From the NCBI GenBank assembly GCA_021813945.1, contig JAKAJD010000001.1, positions 137,744 through 201,743 on the forward strand: 64,000 nt of DNA. The letters run 5' to 3'. Made by a program: the position numbers and the translations under genes. Source of the stretch: a bacterium. GTDB lineage: Bacteria > Patescibacteriota > Microgenomatia > Curtissbacterales > GWA2-41-24. Each line of letters opens with the position of its first letter. The first letter of the stretch is position 1. This document shows positions 47,781-58,330 of this stretch, piece by piece. The notes under the pieces are model-generated. The model was not told the DNA's origin. It did not search any database and saw only the letters and a list, made by a program, of their open reading frames with translations.

Positions 47781-50077
47781 ATGAAAACAAGCATAGTTGT
47801 CCCTGCCTATAACGAGGTTGGCAACATTGAATCACTAATCTACCGTATCGCCAAAAGCGCTCACGATAATCTATACGAAATAATTGTTATAGACGACCAC
47901 TCAGAAGACGGTACCTGGGAAAAACTTAAAGAACTTAGATCCCGTTTTCCACTTAAAGCAGCCAAAAAAATTGGCAAAAAGGGAAAAGCTTACTCGCTTT
48001 TTGAGGGCTTGGACCAGGCAACAGGAGACAATCTTGCAATAATCGACGCCGACCTGCAATATCCTCCGGAAGAAATTTTTCCAATCGTAGACGAAATGCA
48101 AAATCAAGGGTCGGACGTTGTTGTTGCCAATAGAAGAACCTACCAAGATTCCGTAAAACGAAAAGTCTTATCTGAAGTTTTTAAAACAGTTTTTGGCCGA
48201 ATTTTATTCGGCATAAACGAAGATATTCAATCCGGACTTAAAGTTTTTAAAAGGGAAGTTTACGACACCGTCCGTTTTAAACCAAAATCCAAGTGGTCTT
48301 TTGATTTGGAATTTTTGCAAAGGGCGAAAAAAGCCGGCTACAAGCTTAAAGGCCATGATATTGTCTTTTTGAGGCGTCGTTTTGGAAAATCCAAAGTTAA
48401 CAGCATTGCGTCATCAATAGAGTTGGCACTAAACGCACTTTTTCTAAGACTAAAAAGTATTGGTCCTCAGACAATTTTCCCTAAAGGATCATTCATGGAA
48501 TTTGCAGGCATTGGTTATAAGGGTAAAAAATATGTGACGCATTCCACGTTGAGTCAACAAGAATCTGCCCTCAGAAACTTAAATTCCTGGCAAAAAATTG
48601 CCATATTTACATCGGCAATTTTTTTTTATGGGCGCTCGAAATAAACCCTCTTTTAACTCTGCAAATAACAATCGGCATCTTAAGCATAATCTACTTTATA
48701 GACTCAGCCTTCAATTTCTTTTTAGTAGTAAGGACCCTTCGGGAAACGGTAACGGTTAAAATCCCTGATGATCAAATAGCCGCTCTTCAGGATGAAAATT
48801 TGCCCATTTACACCATTTTATGCCCTCTGTACCACGAGGCTCATGTAATTCCTAAGTTTGTAGATGCTATGTCGAAGCTAAGCTGGAATAAAAAGCGCCT
48901 GGAGGTGATTTTGCTCTTGGAAGAGGATGACGCTGAGGCGCAGCAAGTAACCAAAATACTTAATCTACCGTCTTATGTGCGCGTGGAGATTGTTCCCAAA
49001 TCCCAGCCAAAAACCAAACCTAAAGCCTGCAATTGGGGTCTTACCAAAAGTCACGGAAAATACTTGGTTGTCTACGACGCGGAAGACGAACCGGAACCCC
49101 TGCAGCTAAAAAAATCCTATTTAGCTTTTTTGCAAGTTCCGGCAAATGTTATTTGCCTTCAGGCTAAATTAAATTACTACAACCCAAACGAGAATCTGCT
49201 CACTAAAATCTTTACAGCCGAATATTCACTTTGGTTCGACGTAATCCTGGCCGGCCTTCAAAGTTTGAACACTTGTATTCCTCTTGGGGGAACCAGCAAT
49301 CACTTTAGGACAGAAGATCTGCGTCACCTAAAAGGATGGGATGCATTTAACGTCACAGAAGATGCCGATTTGGGGATGCGGCTTTTTAAAAAAGGTTTTA
49401 AAACGGCAATAATCGACTCTACAACTCTCGAAGAAGCAAACAGTCGCCTAAAAAATTGGATGCGCCAACGCTCACGCTGGATAAAAGGCTATATGCAAAC
49501 ATACCTTGTCCACAACCGGCATCCTGTTAAACTCTTCAAAGAACAAGGTCTTCACGGTCTTCTTTTTCAACTCATCTTAGGCGGCAAAATTGCTTTTATC
49601 TACATCAACCCGTTTCTTTGGATAGCAACAATTGCTTATTTTGCGCTAAATAGCCTAGTCGGGCCGACGATTCAAATTCTTTACCCCGGCTATATTTTCT
49701 ATATTGCCTTCGCCTCATTGGTTTTTGGCAATTTCACTTATCTTTATTACTATATGATCGGTCTTGCCGAACGGGATCATTGGTCGCTTCTCAAGTACGT
49801 AATCTTTGTTCCTGTATATTGGCTTTTGGTAAGCCTTGCCGCGCTTCTTGCTATAGAGCAGTTAGTTTTCAAACCGCACCACTGGGAAAAGACTATACAT
49901 GGGATAAATATTTTGGAATCGCAAAAACGAATAGCTATTAAAACGCCCGTCGTTCCTGTTGCCCCAATCGCCCTAAAGCCCCCAGATTTAAAACCGGAAA
50001 TAAGCCCACGGGAATTAATTTTGGAGCGAATAGAAAAGAAACTTATCATGCAAACCGAAAAGCTTGCAATAAGCTAA
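47781..50077 (+). pseudogene. GT2(DPM1-like)-GT2(CesA-like) fusion gene split by a frameshift in a T9 tract
   Basis: 5' part has VVPAYNE, DDHSEDGT, DADLQYPP. The -1 frame from 48619-48627 is open (LWALEINPLL...DENLPIYTIL) into the 48800 ORF with TKPKACN, YDAED, TEDAD and QRSRW. Confidence 0.85.
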
Positions 50078-50084
50078 GGATTTT

Positions 50085-51740
50085 ATGCGATTTTCATTAC
50101 TATTTAGACTCAACAACATATTGGAAAAAAATGGCACGAAAATTATCACTCTTTGTCTTAGTCTTATATCAATTGCATCTTTTTTTTACTTTTACCAACA
50201 AAATTTAGGCCTTGCCTATAACGATGCCAGGTCACATTTGGATATCGGAAGAAGGGTAGTCGAGGGTCTCAAGCCCGGCCTTGCTCAGCTTGGATCTGTC
50301 TGGTTACCGCTTCCGCATTTTTTAATGATTGCCACTATATGGAATAGTGCCATGTGGCATTCCGGCCTAGCGGGGGCAATAAATTCAATGATTTCCTACG
50401 TTGCCACCGGAATTTACATTTGGCTCATTTTAAAAAAGCTAAAAGTTGGCCCCGCCTGGCGCTTTTTGGGTGTTGGGGCATTTGCCCTAAATGCAAACAT
50501 CCTTTACCTTCAGTCAACGGCAATGACGGAAGTGCTTCTTCTTTTAACCTTAACTGCAGCAATTTATGAGCTTATTTGCTGGTCAGATAACCTAAAGCGC
50601 TATAGCATGATAAAAGCCGCCTTCTGGATTATGCTCTCAACGCTCATTAGGTATGAAGGCTGGTTCCTTTTTATTGTTGCCGCGGCGGTGATCTATGTCG
50701 TTACCCTAAAAAGAAAAGGCAAAAAAGAAGCAGAAGGAACAACAATCCTCTTCTCCACATTAGCCGGATTTGGAATCTTGTTGTGGTTTGTTTGGAACAA
50801 AATGATTTTTGGGGATTTCTTGTATTTTGCATTTGGACCCTATAGCGCCCATGCTCAGCAAAAACAGCTTCAGGCAGCAGGCGATCTTCTTACAAAAGGC
50901 AACATACTCTTTTCGCTGAATATTTATTCTTTGGCCAGTTATTTTACAATTGGTGCGATTGTTCTGGCAGCCGGATTTTTAGGATCTATACTTATTTTTT
51001 TTGATACTAACTTAAAAACCCGCCTTAAAATAATTTCCGTAATTCTTCTTACGTCTCCCATTGTTTTCAACATTCTTGCGCTTTTTATGGGGCATTCAGT
51101 TTTATTTATTGAAGGCATAAACGGAAAATCTTGGTTTAATGTCCGCTACGGCGTCATGGCCCTTCCGGCAGCGGCCGTTTTCGGTGCCTATTTTGCCAGC
51201 CAATCAAGGGCACTAAAGGTTATCGTTTTAGGACTTATCCTGGCTGCCAGCATTTTTCCGCTTTCCGATTTAAGAAAATCGGTTACTGTAGAAGACGCCC
51301 TTTACGGTTCAAGCGGCAAAGATGTAAGCCAAATTGCCGGCTGGTTAAAAAATAATGTCAAAGACAAAAACGCCAGAGTTTTGGTCTCGGCTGCATCACA
51401 CGACGCGGTAATTTTCTCCTCGGGTCTTCCAATGAGCCAGATAATTCATGAAGGAACAGGCCCGTTTTGGGATGCCTCAACCACTAATCCGGACCACTGG
51501 GCAAAATACATTGTGATGAGAACTTACGACGTTAACGATTCCACGTTTAAGCTTTTGGAAAACAACAAAGCTGCGCTTTCCAAATACGATTTAGTCTATA
51601 AAGGGAATTTTGCAGATATTTATGAGCTTAAAAGCCAGTACAATTCCGGTCTTTCCACGAACTTCACTCTCACGGCTTTTGAGAACGAAAACGTCAGAAA
51701 AGTAGAAGATGCCAAAATTTCAAATATTTTCCGTTTTTAG
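50085..51740 (+). CDS. GT-C fold membrane glycosyltransferase
   Basis: YNDARSHL..RRV, WLPLPH, LYLQST.MTE, LIRYEGW, RY; many TM helices. Confidence 0.75.
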   Translation: MRFSLLFRLNNILEKNGTKIITLCLSLISIASFFYFYQQNLGLAYNDARSHLDIGRRVVEGLKPGLAQLGSVWLPLPHFLMIATIWNSAMWHSGLAGAINSMISYVATGIYIWLILKKLKVGPAWRFLGVGAFALNANILYLQSTAMTEVLLLLTLTAAIYELICWSDNLKRYSMIKAAFWIMLSTLIRYEGWFLFIVAAAVIYVVTLKRKGKKEAEGTTILFSTLAGFGILLWFVWNKMIFGDFLYFAFGPYSAHAQQKQLQAAGDLLTKGNILFSLNIYSLASYFTIGAIVLAAGFLGSILIFFDTNLKTRLKIISVILLTSPIVFNILALFMGHSVLFIEGINGKSWFNVRYGVMALPAAAVFGAYFASQSRALKVIVLGLILAASIFPLSDLRKSVTVEDALYGSSGKDVSQIAGWLKNNVKDKNARVLVSAASHDAVIFSSGLPMSQIIHEGTGPFWDASTTNPDHWAKYIVMRTYDVNDSTFKLLENNKAALSKYDLVYKGNFADIYELKSQYNSGLSTNFTLTAFENENVRKVEDAKISNIFRF

Positions 51741-51816
51741 GTTATTTCCCCATCTTGTTATTAAAATTTTCCCGATATAAACTGACCCTTCCTGTTTTTG
51801 AAGGAGGTGATAAAAA

Positions 51817-52191
51817 ATGATTAAATCTCAAGAAAGTATTTTGCTGTCTTGCGAAAATTCCCAAAAATTAGCCAAATTTTACGAAGAAAAAGTAGGCCTT
51901 AAGCTAACTTCCGAATTCGAAATGGGGGACAATGCCGAAAAAGGTTATTACTTCGAAAGTGTAAAACTTTACATTAACCAGCATTCAGAGGTGAAAGGGA
52001 AAAATTCCCAACCCCAAAGGTACATGATTAATTTTGAAACCGACGATATTGAAGCAGAGGTTAAAAGGCTTGATTCGGCTGGAATTAAAAAAATTCAGGA
52101 CATTTACCATGTCGAAGGCTACGGGTTAATCGCAACTTACGAAGACGTAGACGGAAATTACTTTCAAGTAGTCCAAGTTAGGGCTTCTTGA
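51817..52191 (+). CDS. VOC/glyoxalase family protein
   Basis: FYEEKVGL, INFETDDIE, YEDVDGN; strong SD AAGGAGGTGA. Confidence 0.85.
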   Translation: MIKSQESILLSCENSQKLAKFYEEKVGLKLTSEFEMGDNAEKGYYFESVKLYINQHSEVKGKNSQPQRYMINFETDDIEAEVKRLDSAGIKKIQDIYHVEGYGLIATYEDVDGNYFQVVQVRAS

Positions 52192-52242
52192 CGTTTTTGT
52201 TAAATAGGCGATAATAAAATTGATAGATTGGAGGTGACATAA

Positions 52243-52422
52243 ATGGACAAAAAGTTCAAAGAGTGCATGAAGCCTCATTACATAGCTCATTCTATCTCCG
52301 GTCTCGGGGTTGGTCTTATTCTGGTTGGTTTAATTCATCTTTCCGGCTCAGCAGCTCTAGTTTTGGGTATTGTTGCTCTTGTAGTCGGTATTGTTTACGA
52401 TTATTCGGTAAACAAAGGCTAA
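52243..52422 (+). CDS. 59-aa two-TM small protein
   Basis: Not in the track. MDKKFKECMKPHYIAHSISGLGVGLILVGL...IVYDYSVNKG, preceded by GGAGGTGA. Confidence 0.7.
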   Translation: MDKKFKECMKPHYIAHSISGLGVGLILVGLIHLSGSAALVLGIVALVVGIVYDYSVNKG

Positions 52423-53472
52423 TCAAACCTTTATTGCGCTTTGATTTGCAAGGGCTGATAGAACTTTCCTATAGAGATTTTTAACAATCAGCTGCTGTTG
52501 TATGCCCATCTTAGTGTAATAATCAACACCAGGTGTTGAGTTAATTTCTATTACTGTATAATCACGAACTAGTTGGTCAATTGGATCAGGTGTAATAACA
52601 TCTACGCCACAAAATCTTAGACCCATGTCGGAAGTTAGTCTAATTGCGACTTCTTTAATGCACTCATCAATTTGATCTGTTACATCCTCAGCGTCCCCAC
52701 CACTTGAGAGGTTTGCGTTATCCAAAAGATACACACTTTCTCCTTTGCCGGGCACTGAACTCATTCCAAGCTGCGAATTGCTGAGTTTGGCTTGTATTCT
52801 TCTATCACGAATATTGATTTTTGTATCCCTTCCATCAACTGAAAATTGTTCTTGCTTTCTAGCTAAAAGATCAAAAATGGTGGATTCACCGTCACCCACT
52901 ACAGCAAGTGGGGTGCGTCTATAGGCTGCTATTACTTCATCATCTAAAACAAGTATTCGATAATCCGCACCTGCGATGGGCCTTTGTACTAGAACAACTT
53001 TGTCATAATTAAAAACTGTTTCAACGGCCTCAAAAAATTCTTGTTCCCCATGGACTTTTTGCACTCCACGCCCCTGGCTTCTGCTGTTTGGTTTAACTAT
53101 AACCGGAAACCTTAACTTTAAAGCGTAATCATAAGCGGCCGCTTTATTTAAATCAGAGCCCAACCATTCACAAGTTCTGTCTGAATAAAAAGCACGTCCT
53201 TCCGGAACGGGGTATCCCAAACTCTCCATAAAATAAGCTGCATAGTCCTTATCCCTTGCCACCTCGGATGCGCCCAACGTATTTAGATCAAATATTGTTC
53301 CCCTAAAGTAAAATCTTCTGCCATCGGGCGCCGTCAGTTGTCCAGCCCTACCATATACCGGGTCAAGAGAGACCCTAAACCCAAACTCCGGAGCAGTTTC
53401 CAAGATAATTGAAGACACACTCGACGGTATTTCAGGCGGCCTACTACCATAATTTGTTTCGAGACGATTCAT
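52423..53472 (-). CDS. stand-alone ATP-grasp ligase (cyanophycin synthetase/GshAB-like domain)
   Basis: DKD.A, FPVIVKP..SQGRGV, DYRILV, VVGDG.STI..L, ANLSSGG, CGVD, IEINSTPG. Confidence 0.85.
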   Translation of the reverse strand: MNRLETNYGSRPPEIPSSVSSIILETAPEFGFRVSLDPVYGRAGQLTAPDGRRFYFRGTIFDLNTLGASEVARDKDYAAYFMESLGYPVPEGRAFYSDRTCEWLGSDLNKAAAYDYALKLRFPVIVKPNSRSQGRGVQKVHGEQEFFEAVETVFNYDKVVLVQRPIAGADYRILVLDDEVIAAYRRTPLAVVGDGESTIFDLLARKQEQFSVDGRDTKINIRDRRIQAKLSNSQLGMSSVPGKGESVYLLDNANLSSGGDAEDVTDQIDECIKEVAIRLTSDMGLRFCGVDVITPDPIDQLVRDYTVIEINSTPGVDYYTKMGIQQQLIVKNLYRKVLSALANQSAIKV

Positions 53473-53570
53473 AAAAACGGATTATACATTCAGAGTATCT
53501 CTTAGGCAATTCTTAATCCACAACGCTGCAGTTGTTTTTTAAGCGCCCCTGGCATTAAAATCATCGGCGT

Positions 53571-53876
53571 ATGATTCTGATTCTGACCACCACAGACAAA
53601 AAGCTTGTTGCCAAGAAAATTGCCAAGGCACTTTTGGATAAAAAACTTGTCGCCTGTGCAAGTATAATCCCGATGGAATCTTCCTACTGGTGGAAGGGCA
53701 AAATCGTCAACGCAAAAGAATATCAGCTTATCCTAAAAACGAAAGCACAAAATTTCGCAAAAATCGAAAAAGAAATAAAAAAACTGCACAATTACACAAT
53801 TCCAGAAATAATCGCAATTGATATCCAACAAGTCGGCAAGGATTATCTAAAGTGGATGAAAAGGGTAATAGCTTAG
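53571..53876 (+). CDS. cutA: divalent-cation tolerance protein CutA
   Basis: LVAC, S.YWWKGKI, E...ILKT, LHNY.IPEII, YL.W. Confidence 0.93.
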   Translation: MILILTTTDKKLVAKKIAKALLDKKLVACASIIPMESSYWWKGKIVNAKEYQLILKTKAQNFAKIEKEIKKLHNYTIPEIIAIDIQQVGKDYLKWMKRVIA

Positions 53877-53921
53877 GCGGTTGACACTATAGGTTTACTC
53901 TTGATACAATTTCAGTTTGAT

Positions 53922-54242
53922 ATGAGTTGTGGAAAAGAGAGACGCCAATTAGAAATGCTTACTAAAATTCTTCCGGAATGGCACACGGATTACTATTACG
54001 CTGTTCAGACAAGAATTGATCTTGCGGCTCACTGCCCGAACAGACCTTCTATGCATGCCCGAAATTTGGCAACGGAATTTAATCCTGGCGCGACCAAAGA
54101 AGAGATCAGAGCACGCAAAGCTAGAACTTATGCAATTAATGACAGAAGGGCCAAGGGTGTTATATCTCGCCATAAAAAAGCTTTGGAGCGTTATGCGCAA
54201 AGACAAGCCGAACAAGATCATTGCCCCGCAAAAAGCGAGTGA
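53922..54242 (+). CDS. orphan hypothetical protein
   Basis: TTGACA(53881) and TACAAT precede ATG 53922; Arg-rich. Confidence 0.5.
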   Translation: MSCGKERRQLEMLTKILPEWHTDYYYAVQTRIDLAAHCPNRPSMHARNLATEFNPGATKEEIRARKARTYAINDRRAKGVISRHKKALERYAQRQAEQDHCPAKSE

Positions 54243-54308
54243 TTTATCGCAAGTCTTTCCGCAGTTAAATTTGCTACATTGGGCAAATGTTTTCAGGAAG
54301 CTATGGGG

Positions 54309-54674
54309 TCATTGACCGTCACTACTAAGTCTTTTTACCAGAGCCTTAAAAATCGGGTCTTCGCGCCCGGAAAATATAGGTTCTTCAGGTATATTGGCAC
54401 CGGAACGTTTATGATTTCCTCCGCATCTGTTAGCACCAACACCAGCCCTAACATCATGAAGTGCTAAGGTTAATAAAAATCTAAACACCAAAGGGCTGGG
54501 ATCGGCCGGATCCACAAGAGCTGTAGCCCTCGCAATAACTTCAAGTTGTTCCTCTGGCGTCATAGTATGGCTGCCATTAAATTCAATAGTGGTTTGTTTG
54601 AGAAGTTCAATGTATGGATCGCGTTCTAGACCAGAACTCTCACAGCCAGCATTTAACCGGGCATCAAATTCCAT
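54309..54674 (-). CDS. orphan hypothetical protein
   Basis: TTGACA-N17-TAATCT-N7-ATG on the minus strand. Confidence 0.55.
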   Translation of the reverse strand: MEFDARLNAGCESSGLERDPYIELLKQTTIEFNGSHTMTPEEQLEVIARATALVDPADPSPLVFRFLLTLALHDVRAGVGANRCGGNHKRSGANIPEEPIFSGREDPIFKALVKRLSSDGQ

Positions 54675-54776
54675 GTTGCAAAGATTATCTTGCAGTTAAA
54701 CGAATGTCAACCCGTGCTAATCAAAAACCAACCCATAGTTTGACTTTTTTTACAAAATATTGTTATATTTTGCATC

Positions 54777-55466
54777 ATGAATGAGGCTCCATCAGCATTT
54801 TTAGACCATTTGCCGGACGCATATCTCGAGTTTGCCCAAGAAGAAGATATGGCTTTAACACGCGTTAAAGATGCAAGAACTGAATCTGAGAAAGCACTAT
54901 ATGAAGCGCTTCACAGCGTCATGATTGCCCTAGGTTTACCTTCTAGGAAAGAATTACAGCAACAAGGTGTTACTGAATGGAGATATGCTATTGAGACTTT
55001 TTTCGACCCTCACGACGATTATTTTGATCAGTATAATTACGATCCCTGCCAAAAACCAAACGATAGAATAGAAGTCCCCGACGTAAAAGATCTCCACAAA
55101 TGCATAGTTGTTGCCTTGGACGATCCTCTAATTCACGCGGTAAGGGCAAAAATTATAGTGGAAGAAGGTAGTGAAGGAAATATTGGAAAAAGCTTTGGTA
55201 AATGCACAAAAGTATATTTAGGAGGAAAAATTGTTGACTCAAGAGAAATTGATGTGGCCAAAATTGTAGGAATAACAAGATCAGGTCAAATAGAAGAAGC
55301 GCAAAATTCCGGAAGACCCTTAATTTACGACAGACAAGGCAGGCCGAGGTGTTTTAAGGAAAATTCTGCACACGTTTTCTTAATGGATCCAAGATTTTAT
55401 GACGCACAAGGGAGCTATTTTTCTGAAGAACCCGAAAAACAAGATCTGAACCCGCAAAACTATTGA
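54777..55466 (+). CDS. orphan hypothetical protein
   Basis: 229 aa, acidic; TTGACT and TGTTATATT-N7-ATG upstream. Confidence 0.6.
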   Translation: MNEAPSAFLDHLPDAYLEFAQEEDMALTRVKDARTESEKALYEALHSVMIALGLPSRKELQQQGVTEWRYAIETFFDPHDDYFDQYNYDPCQKPNDRIEVPDVKDLHKCIVVALDDPLIHAVRAKIIVEEGSEGNIGKSFGKCTKVYLGGKIVDSREIDVAKIVGITRSGQIEEAQNSGRPLIYDRQGRPRCFKENSAHVFLMDPRFYDAQGSYFSEEPEKQDLNPQNY

Positions 55467-55472
55467 AGGTTA

Positions 55473-55498
55473 TTTCGCTTGAAGCGAAAGTTTTCTTC
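55473..55498 (+). terminator. probable intrinsic terminator overlapping the putative ileS -35
   Basis: tttcgct-tga-agcgaaa followed by gttttctt. Confidence 0.45.
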
Positions 55499-55519
55499 TG
55501 CCATAATTAGACCTATCTT

Positions 55520-58330
55520 ATGGCACATAAATTTAAGGCTGTTTCGCCTCAGGTAAATTTCCCGGAACTTGAGGAAAAAATCCTAAAATATTGGCAGGAA
55601 AATAAGATTTTTGAAAAATCTTTGGCCAAAAACCCAAAATCAAATTCCTGGACTTTTTTAGACGGGCCACCTTTTATAACCGGCCTTCCGCATTATGGAA
55701 GCCTTCTTTCATCGATCCCAAAAGACGTTTTCCCGCGCTATAAAACCATGAAAGGTTACTATGTCCGTCGTGTTTGGGGTTGGGATTGTCACGGGCTTCC
55801 TGCCGAAAATAAGGTGGAAGAAAAACTCGGCATCAAGCGCAAAAAAGATATTGAGCAAAAAATTGGTGTCAAAAAATTCATCGACGAGTGCAAACTTTAC
55901 GTTAACAAAACTTCCGAAGAATGGGATTGGTACATAAACCACATAGGCCGCTGGGTTGATTTTAAAAACGCCTACCGCACGATGGACCTTCCTTATATGG
56001 AATCTGTCATGTGGGTTTTTAAACAGATGTTCGACAAAGGTTATATCTACAAAGGCCTCCGAGTTTCGCTTTTTTGTCCCCACTGCTCGACTCCAATTTC
56101 CAATTTTGAAGTCGCGATGGATGCCGACAACTACAAAGTTTTAACAGAACCGGCAAACACTTATAAATACCAGCTTCAAGACGAAAAAGATACCTACTTT
56201 TTGGCCTGGTCCACAACACCTTGGAACAAAATCGCAACGCCTGCTTTAGCGGTTAACCCAAAACTCACCTACGTTAAGATCAAACAAGGCAGCGAAAATT
56301 TCATTTTGGCAGAGTCAACTTTGAAAATGCTGAGAAAAGCTTACAAAATAATCGAAAAGATAAAAGGTAAAGATTTAGTCGGCAAAAAATTTGTCCCACA
56401 TTATGATTTCTACAAAATAGAACCAGGTAAAAACGCTTTTGTTGTAATCCCGGGTGATTTCGTAACTGCAGACGAAGGAACGGGCATTGTCACAATCGCA
56501 GCTTACGGTGAAGATGACCTTAAAGCCATGCAAGAAAATAATATCCAAATTGTTTTGCATGTCGACGAAGAAGGGATATTAAAAAAAGGCGTTCCCTGGG
56601 AGGGCGAATATTACCTCAAAACCAATAAACTTGTTAACGAAGATCTAGAAAAACGCGGCCTAATGTATAAGGAAGAACCCTACACACATACAGTGCCGAC
56701 ATGCTGGCGCTGCCAAACCCGTTTGTTTTACGCCCCACAAGACGCTTGGTACGTAAATGTCCAAAAATTAAAAGCCCAAATGAAAAAAACGAATGAGGAA
56801 GTTAATTGGATTCCTAAGCATTTTAAATTCGGCAGGTATTTAAAAAGCTTGGAAAATGCCCCCGATTGGTGCATTTCCAGAAGCCGCTATTGGGGTTCTC
56901 CGGTTCCGGTTTGGGAATGCGAAAAATGCGCTGAAAAAATAGTTCCTGGTTCAATTGCCGAGTTGGAAAAGCTTTCTGGCCAAAAAATAAAAGATTTGCA
57001 TAAACCGGAAATAGATAGCGTCACCCTAACTTGTCCAAAGTGTAAATCCAAAGCAAAGCGGGTCACAGAAGTTTTGGACAGTTGGATAGAAGCGGGGTCG
57101 GCTCCTTATGCGGAACGACATTTTCCCTTTGATAAGATGGAACTTGCCGAGTTTTTCCCTCCGGATTTCATAACCGAATACACTGGTCAAATCCGCGCCT
57201 GGTTTTATGTACTGCACGTCATATCGACTGCCATTTTCGACTCATTAGCCTACAAAAACGTTTTGGTTTCAGGAGTAATTTTGGGAACAGACGGCAGAAA
57301 AATGAGCAAAAATTACGGAAATTATCCTGACCCTAAAGAAATGCTTCAAAAATATGGAGGTGACGCGTTAAGGCTTTACCTTTTGGGAAGCCCTGTGATG
57401 CGCGGCGAAGACATCCGCATTTCTGAAACCGCATACCGCGACCAGGTTAGAGGACTCCTTCTAATCCTTTGGAACATTTATAACTTTTTTATAACTTACG
57501 CCACTATCGACAATTGGCAGCCGGGCGCATCAACCACTCCAAAAAATATCTTAGACAAATGGGTCCTCTCGCGACTTAGTGGAAACCTAAAAAACATCAT
57601 GGAAAAAGGCTACGAAAAATACGACACACCGGAAATCGTCAATCAGTTCAGCGTTATGATGAACGACCTTTCACTTTGGTATGTCAGAAGGTCACGCGAC
57701 CGGGTAGGTCCAACCGCCAAAGACCAAAACGACAAAAACGATGCTCACCAAACTCTTTGGAAAGTTTTAGTCGAGTACTCCAAAGCCCTTGCGCCACTTA
57801 TCCCATTTGTAACGGATGAAATATACACAAACTTAACAGGCGATTTGTCGGTTCACTTATCCAGCTGGCCTGAATCGGATGCTCAATTCAAAGATCCGGA
57901 CCTAGAAGTCGGAATGCAAAATGCCATGTCTCTTGCATCGGCAATTCATGCTTTCAGAAAAATTAACGGTCCAAATGTTAGAACACCGCTGAAAAAGGTG
58001 CAATATAAAGGACCGGAAAAAATTACGGAAGAAATTTTAAAAATCGTCAAAGACGAAACTAATATTTACGAATTAGTCTATGAGAGTAAAGCAAAGGATT
58101 TTCAAATATCTGCTGATTCATCTGTCAAAAATCATGATCTTATTGCAGGCCAGGCCAGAGAGATTATCCGTCAAATCCAGCAAGCCAGAAAAGAAGCGGG
58201 TTGTGATTTGTCAGAATATGTCACGGTCAAACTTCCCGACTGGCCAAAGGAATTCGAGCAGGAAATTAAAAACCAGACATTATCATCAAAGCTTGTAAAA
58301 TCGGAAAAGCTGGAAATAGTAAGGACTTAA
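55520..58330 (+). CDS. ileS: isoleucine--tRNA ligase, type 2
   Basis: DGPPF..GLPHYG, GWDCHGLP, WSTTPW, DWCISR.RYWG, KMSK; type-2 C-terminus REIIRQIQQARK. Confidence 0.96.
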   Translation: MAHKFKAVSPQVNFPELEEKILKYWQENKIFEKSLAKNPKSNSWTFLDGPPFITGLPHYGSLLSSIPKDVFPRYKTMKGYYVRRVWGWDCHGLPAENKVEEKLGIKRKKDIEQKIGVKKFIDECKLYVNKTSEEWDWYINHIGRWVDFKNAYRTMDLPYMESVMWVFKQMFDKGYIYKGLRVSLFCPHCSTPISNFEVAMDADNYKVLTEPANTYKYQLQDEKDTYFLAWSTTPWNKIATPALAVNPKLTYVKIKQGSENFILAESTLKMLRKAYKIIEKIKGKDLVGKKFVPHYDFYKIEPGKNAFVVIPGDFVTADEGTGIVTIAAYGEDDLKAMQENNIQIVLHVDEEGILKKGVPWEGEYYLKTNKLVNEDLEKRGLMYKEEPYTHTVPTCWRCQTRLFYAPQDAWYVNVQKLKAQMKKTNEEVNWIPKHFKFGRYLKSLENAPDWCISRSRYWGSPVPVWECEKCAEKIVPGSIAELEKLSGQKIKDLHKPEIDSVTLTCPKCKSKAKRVTEVLDSWIEAGSAPYAERHFPFDKMELAEFFPPDFITEYTGQIRAWFYVLHVISTAIFDSLAYKNVLVSGVILGTDGRKMSKNYGNYPDPKEMLQKYGGDALRLYLLGSPVMRGEDIRISETAYRDQVRGLLLILWNIYNFFITYATIDNWQPGASTTPKNILDKWVLSRLSGNLKNIMEKGYEKYDTPEIVNQFSVMMNDLSLWYVRRSRDRVGPTAKDQNDKNDAHQTLWKVLVEYSKALAPLIPFVTDEIYTNLTGDLSVHLSSWPESDAQFKDPDLEVGMQNAMSLASAIHAFRKINGPNVRTPLKKVQYKGPEKITEEILKIVKDETNIYELVYESKAKDFQISADSSVKNHDLIAGQAREIIRQIQQARKEAGCDLSEYVTVKLPDWPKEFEQEIKNQTLSSKLVKSEKLEIVRT

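Noticed and set aside
48800-50077. Independent GT2 gene starting at TTG 48800
   Set aside because: The frame is open upstream to the T9 tract and no promoter or SD precedes 48800; it is the 3' half of a split gene.
52263-52484. 73-aa track ORF
   Set aside because: The frame starting at 52243 has the SD and a coherent TM protein; this frame overlaps the convergent gene.
55466-55520. T-box or riboswitch before ileS (also considered for glyQS and purF)
   Set aside because: The intergenic spaces are too short and the promoters lie close to the start codons.
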